Source: an uncultured Spirochaetota bacterium
GTDB lineage: Bacteria > Spirochaetota > Brevinematia > Brevinematales > JAOACQ01
Assembly: GCA_963768055.1 (NCBI GenBank)
Contig: CAVYGN010000001.1
Coordinates: 256,001-320,000 of the forward strand
Reading direction: 5' to 3'
DNA: 64,000 nt
Below the pieces are notes generated by a model. It saw nothing but the letters and a program-made list of their open reading frames with translations. It made no database searches and was not told the DNA's origin. How positions within the stretch are numbered: position 1 is the stretch's first letter; each line of letters starts with the position of its first letter. This document shows positions 20,462 to 30,811 of this stretch, piece by piece. The position numbers and the translations under genes were made by a program.

Positions 20462-21208
20462 ATGGAACATCAGAATCAGCTTGAGGCAAACTTAAGGAGG
20501 TTAAAGCTTCCTGGGATGCTATTCAACCTTCCTATGCGGATCAGGGAGGCTCAAGAATCAAACCTGGACTATGGAGAATTTTTCTCTTTGTTAGTTCAGG
20601 ATGAATTATGCCAGAGGGATAATAACATGCTCAAAAAGAGGCTGAGAGAAGCGAAGTTCGGCCAGGAAAACACTTTCGAGGGGTTTGATTTTAATTTCAA
20701 TGAGAGCGCTATCCCTTCAAGGCTTATTCGTGAAATCGCGTCCTGCCGTTTCATGGATATGAGACAGTTTGTTGTCATCGCCGGGCCTCCCGGCATAGGT
20801 AAAACATGCATTGCAAAATCAGTCGGCCATGAGGCCTGCAGAAGAGGAAACACAGTTCTTTTCAAGAAAGCCGCGGTTCTTCTTGAAGACTTGAAAAGCG
20901 AAAAGCTTATGTTTAAGAATACTCTATTCAGAAAGTGTATTAAAACAGACCTCCTGATAATAGACGATTTCGGATTTAAAAAACTCGACAATGAAGAAAC
21001 GGAATACCTATACCGGATTGTCGATGAAAGGCTTGGAAACAGGTCCATTATTCTGACAAGCAACCGGCCTCCGGAGGACTGGCTGGCAATCTTCCCTGAT
21101 CCTGTGATTGGAGGGGCTATGCTTGACCGCCTTGTTTCAGGCTCAATTAAAATCCTGGTAAAATCCAAAGATGGAAAATCTTTCCGGAAGGAAGGGAAAA
21201 CTATTTGA
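20462..21208 (+). CDS. istB: IS21 helper ATPase IstB
   Basis: LRRLKLPGM, FDFNFN, GPPGIGKT, DLLIIDDFG, TSNRPPEDW, AMLDRL. Confidence 0.95.
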   Translation: MEHQNQLEANLRRLKLPGMLFNLPMRIREAQESNLDYGEFFSLLVQDELCQRDNNMLKKRLREAKFGQENTFEGFDFNFNESAIPSRLIREIASCRFMDMRQFVVIAGPPGIGKTCIAKSVGHEACRRGNTVLFKKAAVLLEDLKSEKLMFKNTLFRKCIKTDLLIIDDFGFKKLDNEETEYLYRIVDERLGNRSIILTSNRPPEDWLAIFPDPVIGGAMLDRLVSGSIKILVKSKDGKSFRKEGKTI

Positions 21209-21308
21209 AAGTTTTATGATTTCTCTCTAAAATCAAGAACGGTATTTTTCAGGAAAAGGTGGGGAATCTCATGCCCCTGCCACTGGGGAATCTACCCGGT
21301 CCTCGACA

Positions 21309-21534
21309 GGAAGCGGAATATTTACTGGAAACTGTGCAGGATTCCGGCACCGCACAGCAGGGAGGGGGGATATCCGACACTGACGGACTCAGCCGGAATT
21401 ACAACCGGATGCTTGTGACAAAAAACGTGGTGCTTCCTTCGAACATAATGAACATGCAGAAATTCGAGTTCATATTCAGGTCTTATCCCTATTCGTTTGT
21501 TAAATCACGCCTGAAAACAGGCTGGCCTTTATAA
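21309..21534 (+). pseudogene. TrwB/TraD-like ATPase, 3' part
   Basis: EAEYL...VVLPSNIMNMQKF resembles the T4CP C-terminal V.PSEI..L motif; in frame with the 5' part once the insert is removed. Confidence 0.6.
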
Positions 21535-21549
21535 GGCCGGGAGAAAAAG

Positions 21550-22494
21550 ATGGCAGATCATTTAAGCCTTGCTTTTACACATTTTTTTGGTCATATCGCA
21601 TCAAAATTCATGCCTTATTATCCCCTCGCTGTTCCAGGCGAAGATTTGCTTTGCAGGGCCGCACTGTCCGCCCTTTCGGTTCTCCTCCTGCTCCTGCTGC
21701 AGAATTTAGAGTCCCTCATTCGAAGGCTCATGAGGAGCACCCTCGACAGCTACCGTTATTCGGGCCTCCTTGCCTTTAAGGCGGTCTGGGACGAAATAGA
21801 GAATAAAAACGAGCGTGGGAAATTGAGGCAGTATCTGATCGCCGCCGTCGCGGCGGATTGCCTGATAAGCTTCTCTCTTTTCAGGCATTTGAGCATTGCG
21901 GGGGCTTTTATCGCTGCGCCTTTTGTCGCTCTTACGGCTTGCGCCCTCGAACTTCATCTTGTCCTTTCATGGTTCTACAACAGCAAGCCGTTTCCGGTCG
22001 CCAGGAACCTGATGATATCGAGGCCGGTATTGGCCCTGTTCGCTGTATCGGCAATCTTTTCATTGTTATCGCTCGGCTGTCTTTATTACCGCATTCTGCC
22101 GTCGCTGCCCCTTGTTAAATATCCGGCGCTTCTGGCGATAGTTTCCGGGGCCGTGTCCGGGGCCGTATTATCGCCGAGGCTGGTCCTGCCCGACAGGAGC
22201 GTCAGACTCCTGAAAAGGATCGATTTCGGCTGCGCGGCATGTTTTTACATTATTCCGGCAGCAATGTTATTGCTGATGTCAGGCAAAAACCTTTTCATGC
22301 AGATATCCGCGCCCTTAGACAATTTTCTCCATGCCTGTTTCAAGGCCCCCGGGATAATGATGCCGGTTATGTCGGTATTGCTCATAATGCTGTTCAACGC
22401 CTCAGGGAGCTATCTCGGGCACAGGCTTATAAAGGCGACCCCGCCTGTAAAGAATGAAGATGGGCAGGCCAACCCATTCAGCGGGAGGGAGTGA
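21550..22494 (+). CDS. Multi-pass membrane hypothetical protein
   Basis: About seven hydrophobic segments; 15 bp after the T4CP 3' fragment; GGAG RBS. Confidence 0.65.
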   Translation: MADHLSLAFTHFFGHIASKFMPYYPLAVPGEDLLCRAALSALSVLLLLLLQNLESLIRRLMRSTLDSYRYSGLLAFKAVWDEIENKNERGKLRQYLIAAVAADCLISFSLFRHLSIAGAFIAAPFVALTACALELHLVLSWFYNSKPFPVARNLMISRPVLALFAVSAIFSLLSLGCLYYRILPSLPLVKYPALLAIVSGAVSGAVLSPRLVLPDRSVRLLKRIDFGCAACFYIIPAAMLLLMSGKNLFMQISAPLDNFLHACFKAPGIMMPVMSVLLIMLFNASGSYLGHRLIKATPPVKNEDGQANPFSGRE

Positions 22495-22520
22495 AGGGGG
22501 CCGTTCAAACAACTTCAGGC

Positions 22521-22881
22521 TTTTATGGAGTCAATTTTTAGCTAGCCGGGATTCGAAAACTTGAACTGCATCATCTCAAAACGGCAGCAAGCGCTGATGG
22601 AATTCTTTTTTAAATTAGAAATATTTTTATTTATCTATATGAATAGATGAATACTCTGAACTGCCTGGGATAAGCGCTTACTGCCACCGTTTTTCGATGA
22701 CAGTTCTTACTTTTTCTCATAATGCGAGCAAAAATTGACTCCATAAAAAACCGCATATTGTTTTGAAGCAGCAGGAAAATGAGTACAAGCGCTTGTTATG
22801 CTGTTTTTCGCCTTGCGTCTCTCCTTCGGCCCTTCGGGCAGAGTCGCGTCTTCATAAATGCGCGAAAAAAATTTACTTCAA
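22521..22881. repeat. Cluster of a dispersed repeat family (one forward and two reverse degenerate units)
   Basis: TTTTATGGAGTCAATTTTT / AAAAATTGACTCCATAAAA inverted pair; inner arms also complementary; 22551-22585 identical to 56337-56371. Confidence 0.8.
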
Positions 22882-22987
22882 GTGACTTTAAACAATAATC
22901 AAGCATAATAAATTTGCTTTTTATGAAATTTATTGCTAAAGTTTATAAAGTGGGGGTATTTTCGGGGATTGGGCAGTTAACCAGGGG

Positions 22988-23392
22988 GTGGTTAAAGTGC
23001 CTGATAACAATGTTCCGCAATATGTAAAAAGCGGTTTTTATCCGGTTTTTGGCAGAACAGCGGGCATAGCCTGCATAATAGCCGGTTATTTTGCTATGGC
23101 CGGTCCGGTTTTAAATGTCCACATTTTAATGGCAATGATCGGCGGATCAGGCCTTTCCTTTTGGTTCTCTTTAATAGCTTTAATATTATCAATCAATGCC
23201 TCTCTTTTTTATTTTCACGATGTGAAATCACTCTATGTAATTCCGGTTTATACGACAATATTGAAAATAGGGCCCGATTATCCTTATTTGAACCAGGAAA
23301 ACGTAAGTAATGCCGGAATACTCCGGATGCCCGCCGTGTTTTTGAATAACAACGCGAGATTGACCTGCCTATTCCAGGAGGGTCCTGTATGA
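22988..23392 (+). pseudogene. Possible remnant of a sensor-kinase membrane domain
   Basis: FGRTAGIACIIAGYFAMAGPVLNVHILMAMIGG resembles first-TM segments of membrane sensor kinases, then degenerates. Confidence 0.25.
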
Positions 23393-23865
23393 GAAATTCT
23401 TTGATACCAGGCGGAACAATAGTTTTGTTTACACTGGATGGATCATTTTACGCACTCGATTTATCCACAGTGGAGCGGATAATCAGGGCCGTGGAAATAA
23501 CGCCTTTACCGAAAGCGCCTGAAATAGTTTTGGGAGTGATCAATATGCAAGGGAGGATTCTTACCGTATTGGACATTCGCAAACGCTTTCGCCTGCCGCC
23601 CCATGAAATAAGCGTTGACGACCGGTTCATCATTGCGCTTGCATCTAAGAGGCAAGTTGCATTGGTGGTTGATTCAGTGACAGGCATTCGCGAGTTGACG
23701 GAGAACCAGATAGTGAATGCCGGGAAGACGCTTCCTTTTGCGAAATACCTTAAAGGAGTTGCCAAACTGGAGGACGGCCTGGTGCTCATTCACGACCTCG
23801 GGCAATTCCTCTCACTGGGCGAAGAAAAAAAACTGAATGCAGCACTGTCCGGGGGCCGAGTATGA
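23389..23865 (+). CDS. cheW: CheW scaffold (WspB-like)
   Basis: ITPLPKAPEIVLGVINMQG.ILTVLD, VALVVDSV. Confidence 0.92.
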   Translation: MRNSLIPGGTIVLFTLDGSFYALDLSTVERIIRAVEITPLPKAPEIVLGVINMQGRILTVLDIRKRFRLPPHEISVDDRFIIALASKRQVALVVDSVTGIRELTENQIVNAGKTLPFAKYLKGVAKLEDGLVLIHDLGQFLSLGEEKKLNAALSGGRV

Positions 23866-25280
23866 ATCACACTCTTCCTGACAGACAATTGTCGCAACTG
23901 AGCGAAATGATAGCAGCTAAGACAGCGCTTCATTTCCCCAAAGAGCGCTGGAATGATCTGGAATATAAAATAATTTCCGCAGCTAAAGAATTCGGTTTTA
24001 CCGGTATGGAAGAGTTTATACAATGGCTTTTATCTTCGCCATTGACCGCTGATCAGATGGATATCCTGGTAAGCCATCTTACCATTCATGAAACCTATTT
24101 CTGGCGGGAACCACAGGTCTTTGAGGCCATTGCAACCCGGATTCTGCCGGAAATCGTCTGTTCGCGAAAGTATGAAGGCAAAAGGCTGAGAATCTGGAGC
24201 GCGGGCTGCGCCACCGGCGAGGAACCATATTCCATTGCAATAGCGCTCAGCAGGACCATACCTGTAATGGAAGATTGGAACATCACAATTCTTGCTACGG
24301 ACATCAATCCCCGGATTCTGCGCAAAGCGATGGCAGGCGTCTACAGTAAATGGTCGCTCCGGAACGCGCCGCAATGGCTTATTGAGGGTTACTTTCATCG
24401 TAAAAAGGAGGGAGTTTTTGAGATCATACCTGAAATCCGGAAAATGGTTGCGTTCGCCTACCTGAATCTGGCGGATGATGTTTATCCCGCCCCGCTGAAC
24501 AATACCAACGCTATGGACATCATCTTCTGCCGTAACGTTCTTATGTATTTTGCACCTGAGCGGGCGCGGCAAGTGGGCCAGGGCCTTTTCCGTTCCCTGG
24601 TGGATGGAGGATGGCTGATGGTCGGGGCCAGTGAACTCTCTCAGCAGATTTTTCCATCCTTCAAACCAATTAATTTTAATGGCGCTATTGTCTATCGCAA
24701 GGGAAACATGGAATCTCAAACCTCCGATGTTTTCACAACTGATGAAAGTCTTCTCAAAACAGAAACAATTCAGCCGATATTAAAGGCCAATGATGAGCTT
24801 GATCAAAAATCGCCGCACGGGAAAGAATATTCCACTGTTATTGAACAGCCCCCGCAAGCAGCCAGCCCAAGAATGGCCGGGAAAATCGCGGAAGAATCAA
24901 TCCGGTCGTTTGCCGACCGGGGCAAGCTCCCGGAAGCATTGTTTTTATGCGAAGAAGCCATTGCTTACGATAAACTCGATCCCGGGCTGTATTATCTGCG
25001 CGCGATCATCCTTCTTGAACTGAACAGGCTGGATGAGGCGGGCGTTTCCCTGAAACAGACGCTTTACCTTGATCAGAATTTTCTCCTGGCGCACTTTGCA
25101 CTGGGCAACATTGTAATGCGGCAAGGTAAAGCAACAGCTGCAAAAAAACATTTTGAGAATGTGCTGACGCTTTTAAAAGATTATAAAGCCGATGAAATCT
25201 TCCCCGAATCCGAGGGCCTGACAGCCGGCAGATTCAGGGAAATTATTCAAGCAACCATGGAAACAGGGGCATTGGCATGA
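23862..25280 (+). CDS. cheR: CheR methyltransferase with C-terminal TPR (WspC-like)
   Basis: ETYFWRE, IWSAGCATGEEPYSIA, ATDI, IFCRNVLMYF; TPR tail LYLD..F.LAHF.LG. Confidence 0.92.
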   Translation: MNHTLPDRQLSQLSEMIAAKTALHFPKERWNDLEYKIISAAKEFGFTGMEEFIQWLLSSPLTADQMDILVSHLTIHETYFWREPQVFEAIATRILPEIVCSRKYEGKRLRIWSAGCATGEEPYSIAIALSRTIPVMEDWNITILATDINPRILRKAMAGVYSKWSLRNAPQWLIEGYFHRKKEGVFEIIPEIRKMVAFAYLNLADDVYPAPLNNTNAMDIIFCRNVLMYFAPERARQVGQGLFRSLVDGGWLMVGASELSQQIFPSFKPINFNGAIVYRKGNMESQTSDVFTTDESLLKTETIQPILKANDELDQKSPHGKEYSTVIEQPPQAASPRMAGKIAEESIRSFADRGKLPEALFLCEEAIAYDKLDPGLYYLRAIILLELNRLDEAGVSLKQTLYLDQNFLLAHFALGNIVMRQGKATAAKKHFENVLTLLKDYKADEIFPESEGLTAGRFREIIQATMETGALA

Positions 25281-25813
25281 AATATGAACCGATAAACCTG
25301 AACCAGGCCGCTATACTTAAATCGCGGGCGAGCATCCTGGCGGAGGAGCCGAAGAAGGCCTCTAAGGAGGAAAGGTTCATCGAAATCGTTGAGTTCCGCC
25401 TGGCGTCAGAGACGTATGGGATCGAATCCTTGTTTATCCGTGAAATCCATCCGTTGAAAGATTATACACCCCTGCCGGGAGTACCTGCCTTTGTCCTGGG
25501 CATAACCAATGTGCGCGGACAGATACTTTCGATCGTTGATCTTAAGAAGTTTTTCAATCTGCCGGACAATGGACTGGGCGAACTCAACAAACTGATTATC
25601 CTTCACAGCGGCCGGATGGAATTCGGGGTCCTGGCCGATGCAATCATCGGTACCCGGTCATTGCCGATTGAATCGGTACAAACTCCGCCTGTAACGGTCA
25701 CTGGGATTGGGGCGGAATATTTAAAAGGGGTGACGGGAGAGGGCTTGATAGTGCTCGATGCGGGAAAGATTTTAAATGACAAGGAGAATATCGTTATAGA
25801 CTTGGTTTCTTAA
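25277..25813 (+). CDS. cheW: CheW scaffold (WspD-like)
   Basis: IL..RA..LA N-terminus, TPLPGVPAFVLGITNVRGQILSIVDL. Confidence 0.92.
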   Translation: MKYEPINLNQAAILKSRASILAEEPKKASKEERFIEIVEFRLASETYGIESLFIREIHPLKDYTPLPGVPAFVLGITNVRGQILSIVDLKKFFNLPDNGLGELNKLIILHSGRMEFGVLADAIIGTRSLPIESVQTPPVTVTGIGAEYLKGVTGEGLIVLDAGKILNDKENIVIDLVS

Positions 25814-25873
25814 ATTGAAACCTGATAAAGGTAAAGCAAATTGTCAAAATCTTAACATAAGGAGAAACATACC

Positions 25874-27487
25874 ATGAAATTGTCTGTTGGAATTAAAATC
25901 ATAGCGGGTTATATGCTGGCAGTGGTGGTAATCCTGCTGGTCATCGGGATAAGTTCGTATTCTGCACTGAACAGGCTGATTGATGCCAACAATTGGCAAA
26001 CACACACCTATAAAGTGATGAATGTATTAGAATCAATGCTTTCTTTAATAAAGGATTCAGAAACAGGACAGCGCGGCTTTGTTATTACAGGCGAAATAAG
26101 TTACCTCGAACCTTATGACAATGCAATACCAAAGGTAGATTCCTGCATTGAAGACATTAAGAAACTGACCGTGGACAACCCGGCACAGCAGCGAAGGATT
26201 TCTAGCCTGAAGGTAATTGTGGCCGAGAAGTTCAGCGAATTGCACGAGACGATTTCCTTGCGTAAGGAGAAGGGTTTTGAAAGCGCCCGGCAAGTTATCC
26301 AGATCGACAAAGGCAAGAAAGTCATGGATGAAATACGGGCTCTCATTGACGAAATGGAAAATGAAGAAAATGCGCTGTTACAGCAGCGTACTAACCAAGT
26401 GAATGCCGCCACGTTTTTTGCTAAAAACTTTATTGTCCTAAGTATACTCATAGCGATCATGTTGCTGGTGTTGTTAGGCTTTCTGATTAGCCGTAACATC
26501 GCCAAGCCCATTTTAGCAATCTCTAAAATGGCTTCTCAGGCCGCCAAAGGGGACCTGTCTGGCAACATTCCTATCGATAATCGATCAGACGAGGTCGGTG
26601 TGCTGGCGCAGTCTTTCCATCAGATGGTAGAATATCTCCATTCCACGATAACAGGCATTACCGAAGGTATAGTCCTGCTCAGTTCGTCATCCAACGAAAT
26701 ACTGGCCTCAACCACGCAGGTGGCCTCCGGGACCGCCGAAGCAGCCACGGCCATCAGCGAAACCACCGCCACAGTAGAAGAGGTACGGCAGGCATCCCAG
26801 CTTTCAGCCCAGAAGTCGAAAAACGTACTGGACAACGCCCAGCGCGTGGCCCAGGTCGCTGTCACAGGGCAGAAAGCTACGGAAGAAACGGCGGCCGGAA
26901 TGCGCCATATCAGCGTTCAAATGGAATCTATCGCCCAGACCATTGTCCGCCTGAGCGAGCAGAGCCAGTCCATCGGCGGAATCATCGCTTCTGTCACCGA
27001 CATTGCCGATCAATCAAATCTGCTGGCTGTAAATGCGGCAATCGAAGCGGCGCGCGCCGGAGAACAGGGCAAAGGCTTTGGCGTGGTGGCGCAGGAGATA
27101 AAGAGCCTTGCCGAGCAGTCCAGGCAAGCAACCATGCAGGTACGCACCATTTTGAACGATGTACAGAAAGCCACCGGCGCGGCTGTAATGGCCACGGAAC
27201 AGGGAAGCAAAGCAGTGGAGGCGGGACTTAAACAGTCCGCCCAGGCCGGGGAGGCCATCCGGCAGCTGGCGGAGAGCAGCAGTGAGGCGGCGCAAACAGC
27301 CACCCAGATTGTAGTGTCCAGCCAGCAGCAGCAAATCGGTATGGACCAGATCAAGACGGCTATGGAGAACATTAATCAGGCAGGGGTCCAGACCGCTTCA
27401 AGCATGAATCAGGCGGAAACCGCGGCCAGGAACCTGCATGAGCTGGGGCAAAAACTCAAAGGCATGGTGGACCAATTCAAGATTTAA
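25874..27487 (+). CDS. Methyl-accepting chemotaxis protein, CHASE3-HAMP-MA (WspA-like)
   Basis: [16 protein letters not shown] (CHASE3), [39 protein letters not shown]. Confidence 0.93.
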   Translation: MKLSVGIKIIAGYMLAVVVILLVIGISSYSALNRLIDANNWQTHTYKVMNVLESMLSLIKDSETGQRGFVITGEISYLEPYDNAIPKVDSCIEDIKKLTVDNPAQQRRISSLKVIVAEKFSELHETISLRKEKGFESARQVIQIDKGKKVMDEIRALIDEMENEENALLQQRTNQVNAATFFAKNFIVLSILIAIMLLVLLGFLISRNIAKPILAISKMASQAAKGDLSGNIPIDNRSDEVGVLAQSFHQMVEYLHSTITGITEGIVLLSSSSNEILASTTQVASGTAEAATAISETTATVEEVRQASQLSAQKSKNVLDNAQRVAQVAVTGQKATEETAAGMRHISVQMESIAQTIVRLSEQSQSIGGIIASVTDIADQSNLLAVNAAIEAARAGEQGKGFGVVAQEIKSLAEQSRQATMQVRTILNDVQKATGAAVMATEQGSKAVEAGLKQSAQAGEAIRQLAESSSEAAQTATQIVVSSQQQQIGMDQIKTAMENINQAGVQTASSMNQAETAARNLHELGQKLKGMVDQFKI

Positions 27488-27502
27488 AAGAGGCTGAATG
27501 CT

Positions 27503-29728
27503 ATGGATAAGCAAAAAGACGAATTTTTAAAAAAACTGAGGGCGACATTCCGGATAGAGGCGGAAGAGCATATTCGCGCGATTTCCAAGGGTCTGATGGA
27601 ATTAGAAAAGACCCAGGCACCGGAAAGATGTGCACAGGTGATCGAAACCATCTTCCGGGATGCTCACAGTCTCAAGGGTGCAGCCCGTTCTGTCAGCCTG
27701 CAGACGATAGAGTCTATCTGCCAGCTCATAGAAAGTATTTTCGCCGCTTTGAAACGTCATGAGTTAGTTCTGACTTCAGCGTTATATGATACGCTCCACT
27801 CGGCAATGAATACCATCACACAACTTGTCGCAGGAGCGGAGGAAGAGGGTTCCCCGGCGGTGCAGTCGTTGATCCGGGAACTTACCCGCCAGCTTCATGA
27901 AGAACCCGTCCCCGGCGCCACATCCGTCTCGAGTGAAGGCCATACCAGGCCGCGCATGACGGCGGAGAAATCGGTCGTTATGGCTGAGACCGTAAGGATC
28001 CCAACTTCAAAGCTGGACCCTCTCCTGCTCCAGGCCGAGGAAATGATCTCGTTTAAAATCGCTTCAGGCCGGCGCATGGCCGAGTTGCGGGAGATTAGCC
28101 GTAATCTGGCTTTATGGAAAACAGAATTAGATAAATATAAAAATCGTCAATCCCCCGGACCGGAATGGAATGATCTGTCCGTCCTGTGTGAAGAACGCCT
28201 TATTGATCTTCAAAGCCGGGCGGCAGCTGCGGCCCGGTCGGCGGAACAGGACCAGCGCGCGATCCGGCTCCTTGTGGATGAACACCTGGAGGCGATAAAA
28301 AATGTTTTGATGCTGCCGGTCAGCTTATTGGTAGAGGTTTTTCCCAAGCTGGTCCGGGACCTGGCCTGCAACCAGGGCAAAGAAGTGGAAATGATCATCC
28401 AGGGCTCAGAAATTGAAATTGACAAGCGTATCCTGGAGGAACTTAAAGATCCGCTTATTCATCTTATCCGCAATTGCGTTGACCATGGCATAAAAAAGCC
28501 GTCGGAACGATCCCTTGAGAGCAAACCGCCCTGCGGTAAAATCCTGCTTAAATTCGCCGTGAATGACAGCCGCCGGATGGAGATTTCCCTGTCGGACGAC
28601 GGTACGGGAGTTGATCTGGACAAAGTCCGTGCGGCTTCAAAAAAAATGGGTCTCATACCGGCTGACTCCATAAAAAGTTCCGATCCCCGGGAGACATTAC
28701 AGCTTATTTTCCATTCCGGAATCTCCACCAGCCCTATAATCACGGACATTTCAGGCCGCGGCCTGGGTCTTGCGATTGTGCGCGAGAAAGTGGAAAAACT
28801 CGGAGGAACCGTGTCCGTGGAAAGCCAGACCGGGATTGGCACAAGCTTCCGGCTTCTCCTGCCCATGACGCTCTCGACATTCAAGGGCGTTGTGGTTCGG
28901 TCGAGCGAATATCTTTTCGTGCTGCCTGTAATGAATGTCGAACGTGTATTTAGAGTACGGGAAGATGACATCAAGACAGTCGAAAACCATGAAACAATCA
29001 TGCTTGATGGACAAATACTCCCGATGTCCCGTCTTTCCGATACATTGGAATTGCCCGGCAGAAAAAAGGGGGCCGCAGCGTTAAAAGCAATCAGTCGGCA
29101 AGAGGCAGGTTTCGTTCCCATAATTATCGTTACATCCGCTGAAAAACGCATGGCCTTTCTGGTAGATGAGATCCTGCAGGAGCAGGAAGTACTTGTGAAA
29201 GGATTGGGCGAACAGCTGAAACGCGTTCGCAACATAGCCGGCGCTACAATTCTAAGCACAGGCATGGTCGCGCCTGTGCTTAACGTCCAGGACTTGATGA
29301 AATCGGCTATTAGATCGGCAGCGATTGCCCTGAAAGAACCGGCGGCGGAGAAAACCGCGGCGATGAAGGGAAGGATCCTTGTCGCGGAAGATTCGATCAC
29401 TTCGCGCACGCTTCTTAAAAACATTCTTGAAGCCGCGGGCTATCTGGTTTCTACGGCTGTTGACGGTGCAGACGCTTTAACACAGGCGCTCAGCAATGAA
29501 TTTGATCTGGTGGTGTCTGATGTGGATATGCCGCGGCTGAACGGCTTTGAACTGACAGCCAGAATTCGTTCGGATAAGAAACTTTCCGAACTGCCCGTAG
29601 TTCTTGTGACCGCGCTCGAATCGCGCGAAGATAAGGAGCGGGGCGTCGAGTCCGGCGCCAATGCATATATTGTCAAAAGCAGTTTTGATCAAAGCAACCT
29701 GCTGGAGGTAGTCCGCAAGTTTCTTTAG
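27503..29728 (+). CDS. cheA: CheA-receiver hybrid kinase (WspE-like)
   Basis: HSLKG HPt, HLIRNCVDHG, DDGTG, SGRGLGL, CheW-like P5, C-terminal REC (SDVDMP). Confidence 0.93.
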   Translation: MDKQKDEFLKKLRATFRIEAEEHIRAISKGLMELEKTQAPERCAQVIETIFRDAHSLKGAARSVSLQTIESICQLIESIFAALKRHELVLTSALYDTLHSAMNTITQLVAGAEEEGSPAVQSLIRELTRQLHEEPVPGATSVSSEGHTRPRMTAEKSVVMAETVRIPTSKLDPLLLQAEEMISFKIASGRRMAELREISRNLALWKTELDKYKNRQSPGPEWNDLSVLCEERLIDLQSRAAAAARSAEQDQRAIRLLVDEHLEAIKNVLMLPVSLLVEVFPKLVRDLACNQGKEVEMIIQGSEIEIDKRILEELKDPLIHLIRNCVDHGIKKPSERSLESKPPCGKILLKFAVNDSRRMEISLSDDGTGVDLDKVRAASKKMGLIPADSIKSSDPRETLQLIFHSGISTSPIITDISGRGLGLAIVREKVEKLGGTVSVESQTGIGTSFRLLLPMTLSTFKGVVVRSSEYLFVLPVMNVERVFRVREDDIKTVENHETIMLDGQILPMSRLSDTLELPGRKKGAAALKAISRQEAGFVPIIIVTSAEKRMAFLVDEILQEQEVLVKGLGEQLKRVRNIAGATILSTGMVAPVLNVQDLMKSAIRSAAIALKEPAAEKTAAMKGRILVAEDSITSRTLLKNILEAAGYLVSTAVDGADALTQALSNEFDLVVSDVDMPRLNGFELTARIRSDKKLSELPVVLVTALESREDKERGVESGANAYIVKSSFDQSNLLEVVRKFL

Positions 29729-29752
29729 TAAATCGGCAAAAAGGAGAAAGGT

Positions 29753-30802
29753 GTGATAAAGGTCCTGGTGGTTGAAGATTCGGTTGTTTCCCGGGAATTT
29801 CTGACGTATATTCTCAATTCCGATACCGCGATCCGGGTTGTCGGTACGGCAAATAATGGCCTGGAAGCCCTAAAAACCCTCATGCAATACAAACCGGACA
29901 TCATTACGATGGACATCAATATGCCCGTAATGGACGGGATTGAGGCCACCAGAAGGATTATGGAAACATTTCCGACGCCTATTGTTATCGTAAGCGGAAG
30001 TTCATATGGAAAAGAGGTCGCATCCTCATTTCGCGCATTAGAAGCGGGCGCCTTAACAGTTGTCCGCCGTCCACCCGGCATTAATCATGATGGGTTTGAA
30101 ACGGCATCCAGAGAACTGATAACAACGGTAAAATTGATGTCCGAGATAAAGGTCGTCAGGCGCATCCCCAGGACCGCAAAAGCCCAATCAGCATCTCTTC
30201 CGAAAGCAGAAAAACATTTAATGGAAACAGGCGGGATCCAGGCCGTTGTCATCGGCGCGTCCACCGGCGGGCCGCCTGCGCTGCAAAAGATCCTCTCGGA
30301 TTTGCCGAAAGGTTTTGCAGTTCCGGTGTTTATCGTTCAGCATATTGCGCAAGGATTTTCAGAAGGCTTTGCAAGCTGGCTTTCCAACACGTCCGGATTC
30401 CCGGTAAGCATCGCGTCCCAGGGCGAAATCGCAGCACCGGAGCACGGTTACATCGCCCCGGATGGTTTCCACATCGGCGTGGGAAACGGCCTGCATATTG
30501 AACTCAGCGGCGGCGATCCGGAGAATGGCATGCGGCCTTCCGCCGACTATCTCTTCTGCTCTGCCTCACAGGGATTTGGCCGGAATGCTGTCGGTGTTCT
30601 CCTGACCGGTATGGGCAGAGACGGGGCTTCGGGATTGAAGACAATGAAAGAAAAGGGCGCCATCACTATAGCACAGGATGAGTCTAGTTCCATTGTGTAC
30701 GGTATGCCGGGCGAAGCGGTCAAACTCGGTGCGGTAACATACATTCTTCCGCTGGAAGACATTGCCACCATATTGACCGATCTGACAAAAAAAGTAAAAT
30801 GA
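29753..30802 (+). CDS. cheB: CheB methylesterase (WspF-like)
   Basis: REC domain plus GASTGG, VQH, LTGMGRDG, GMP. Confidence 0.95.
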   Translation: MIKVLVVEDSVVSREFLTYILNSDTAIRVVGTANNGLEALKTLMQYKPDIITMDINMPVMDGIEATRRIMETFPTPIVIVSGSSYGKEVASSFRALEAGALTVVRRPPGINHDGFETASRELITTVKLMSEIKVVRRIPRTAKAQSASLPKAEKHLMETGGIQAVVIGASTGGPPALQKILSDLPKGFAVPVFIVQHIAQGFSEGFASWLSNTSGFPVSIASQGEIAAPEHGYIAPDGFHIGVGNGLHIELSGGDPENGMRPSADYLFCSASQGFGRNAVGVLLTGMGRDGASGLKTMKEKGAITIAQDESSSIVYGMPGEAVKLGAVTYILPLEDIATILTDLTKKVK

Positions 30803-30811
30803 GAGGCCGTT

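Larger units (their letters stand above)
15758..21308. mobile_element. Insert (AT-rich cargo plus IS21) interrupting the coupling-protein gene
   Basis: Bounded by TGT...ACA with flanks GGAAA / GGAAG; removing it restores an in-frame ORF. Confidence 0.5.
18720..21308 (+). mobile_element. IS21-family insertion sequence (2589 bp)
   Basis: IRL TGTCCGGGGCCACCCAGATTCCCCAGT, IRR (reverse complement) TGTCGAGGACCGGGTAGATTCCCCAGT; istA and istB inside; no direct repeats flanking the IS itself. Confidence 0.92.

Noticed and set aside
21259..21308. Start of the 91-aa ORF 21259..21534
   Set aside because: The first codons lie in the IS21 right end; only the part after 21308 is meaningful, as the coupling-protein 3' fragment.
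23213..23227. Palindrome TTTCAC-GAT-GTGAAA upstream of the chemosensory operon
   Set aside because: Short single instance with half-sites in the opposite order to a Rex box; no regulator can be assigned.
28459..29424. Long antisense ORFs (here 321 aa; also 24030-24719, 32821-33597, 20596-21168, 26-586)
   Set aside because: Shadow frames of well-supported genes on the opposite strand.
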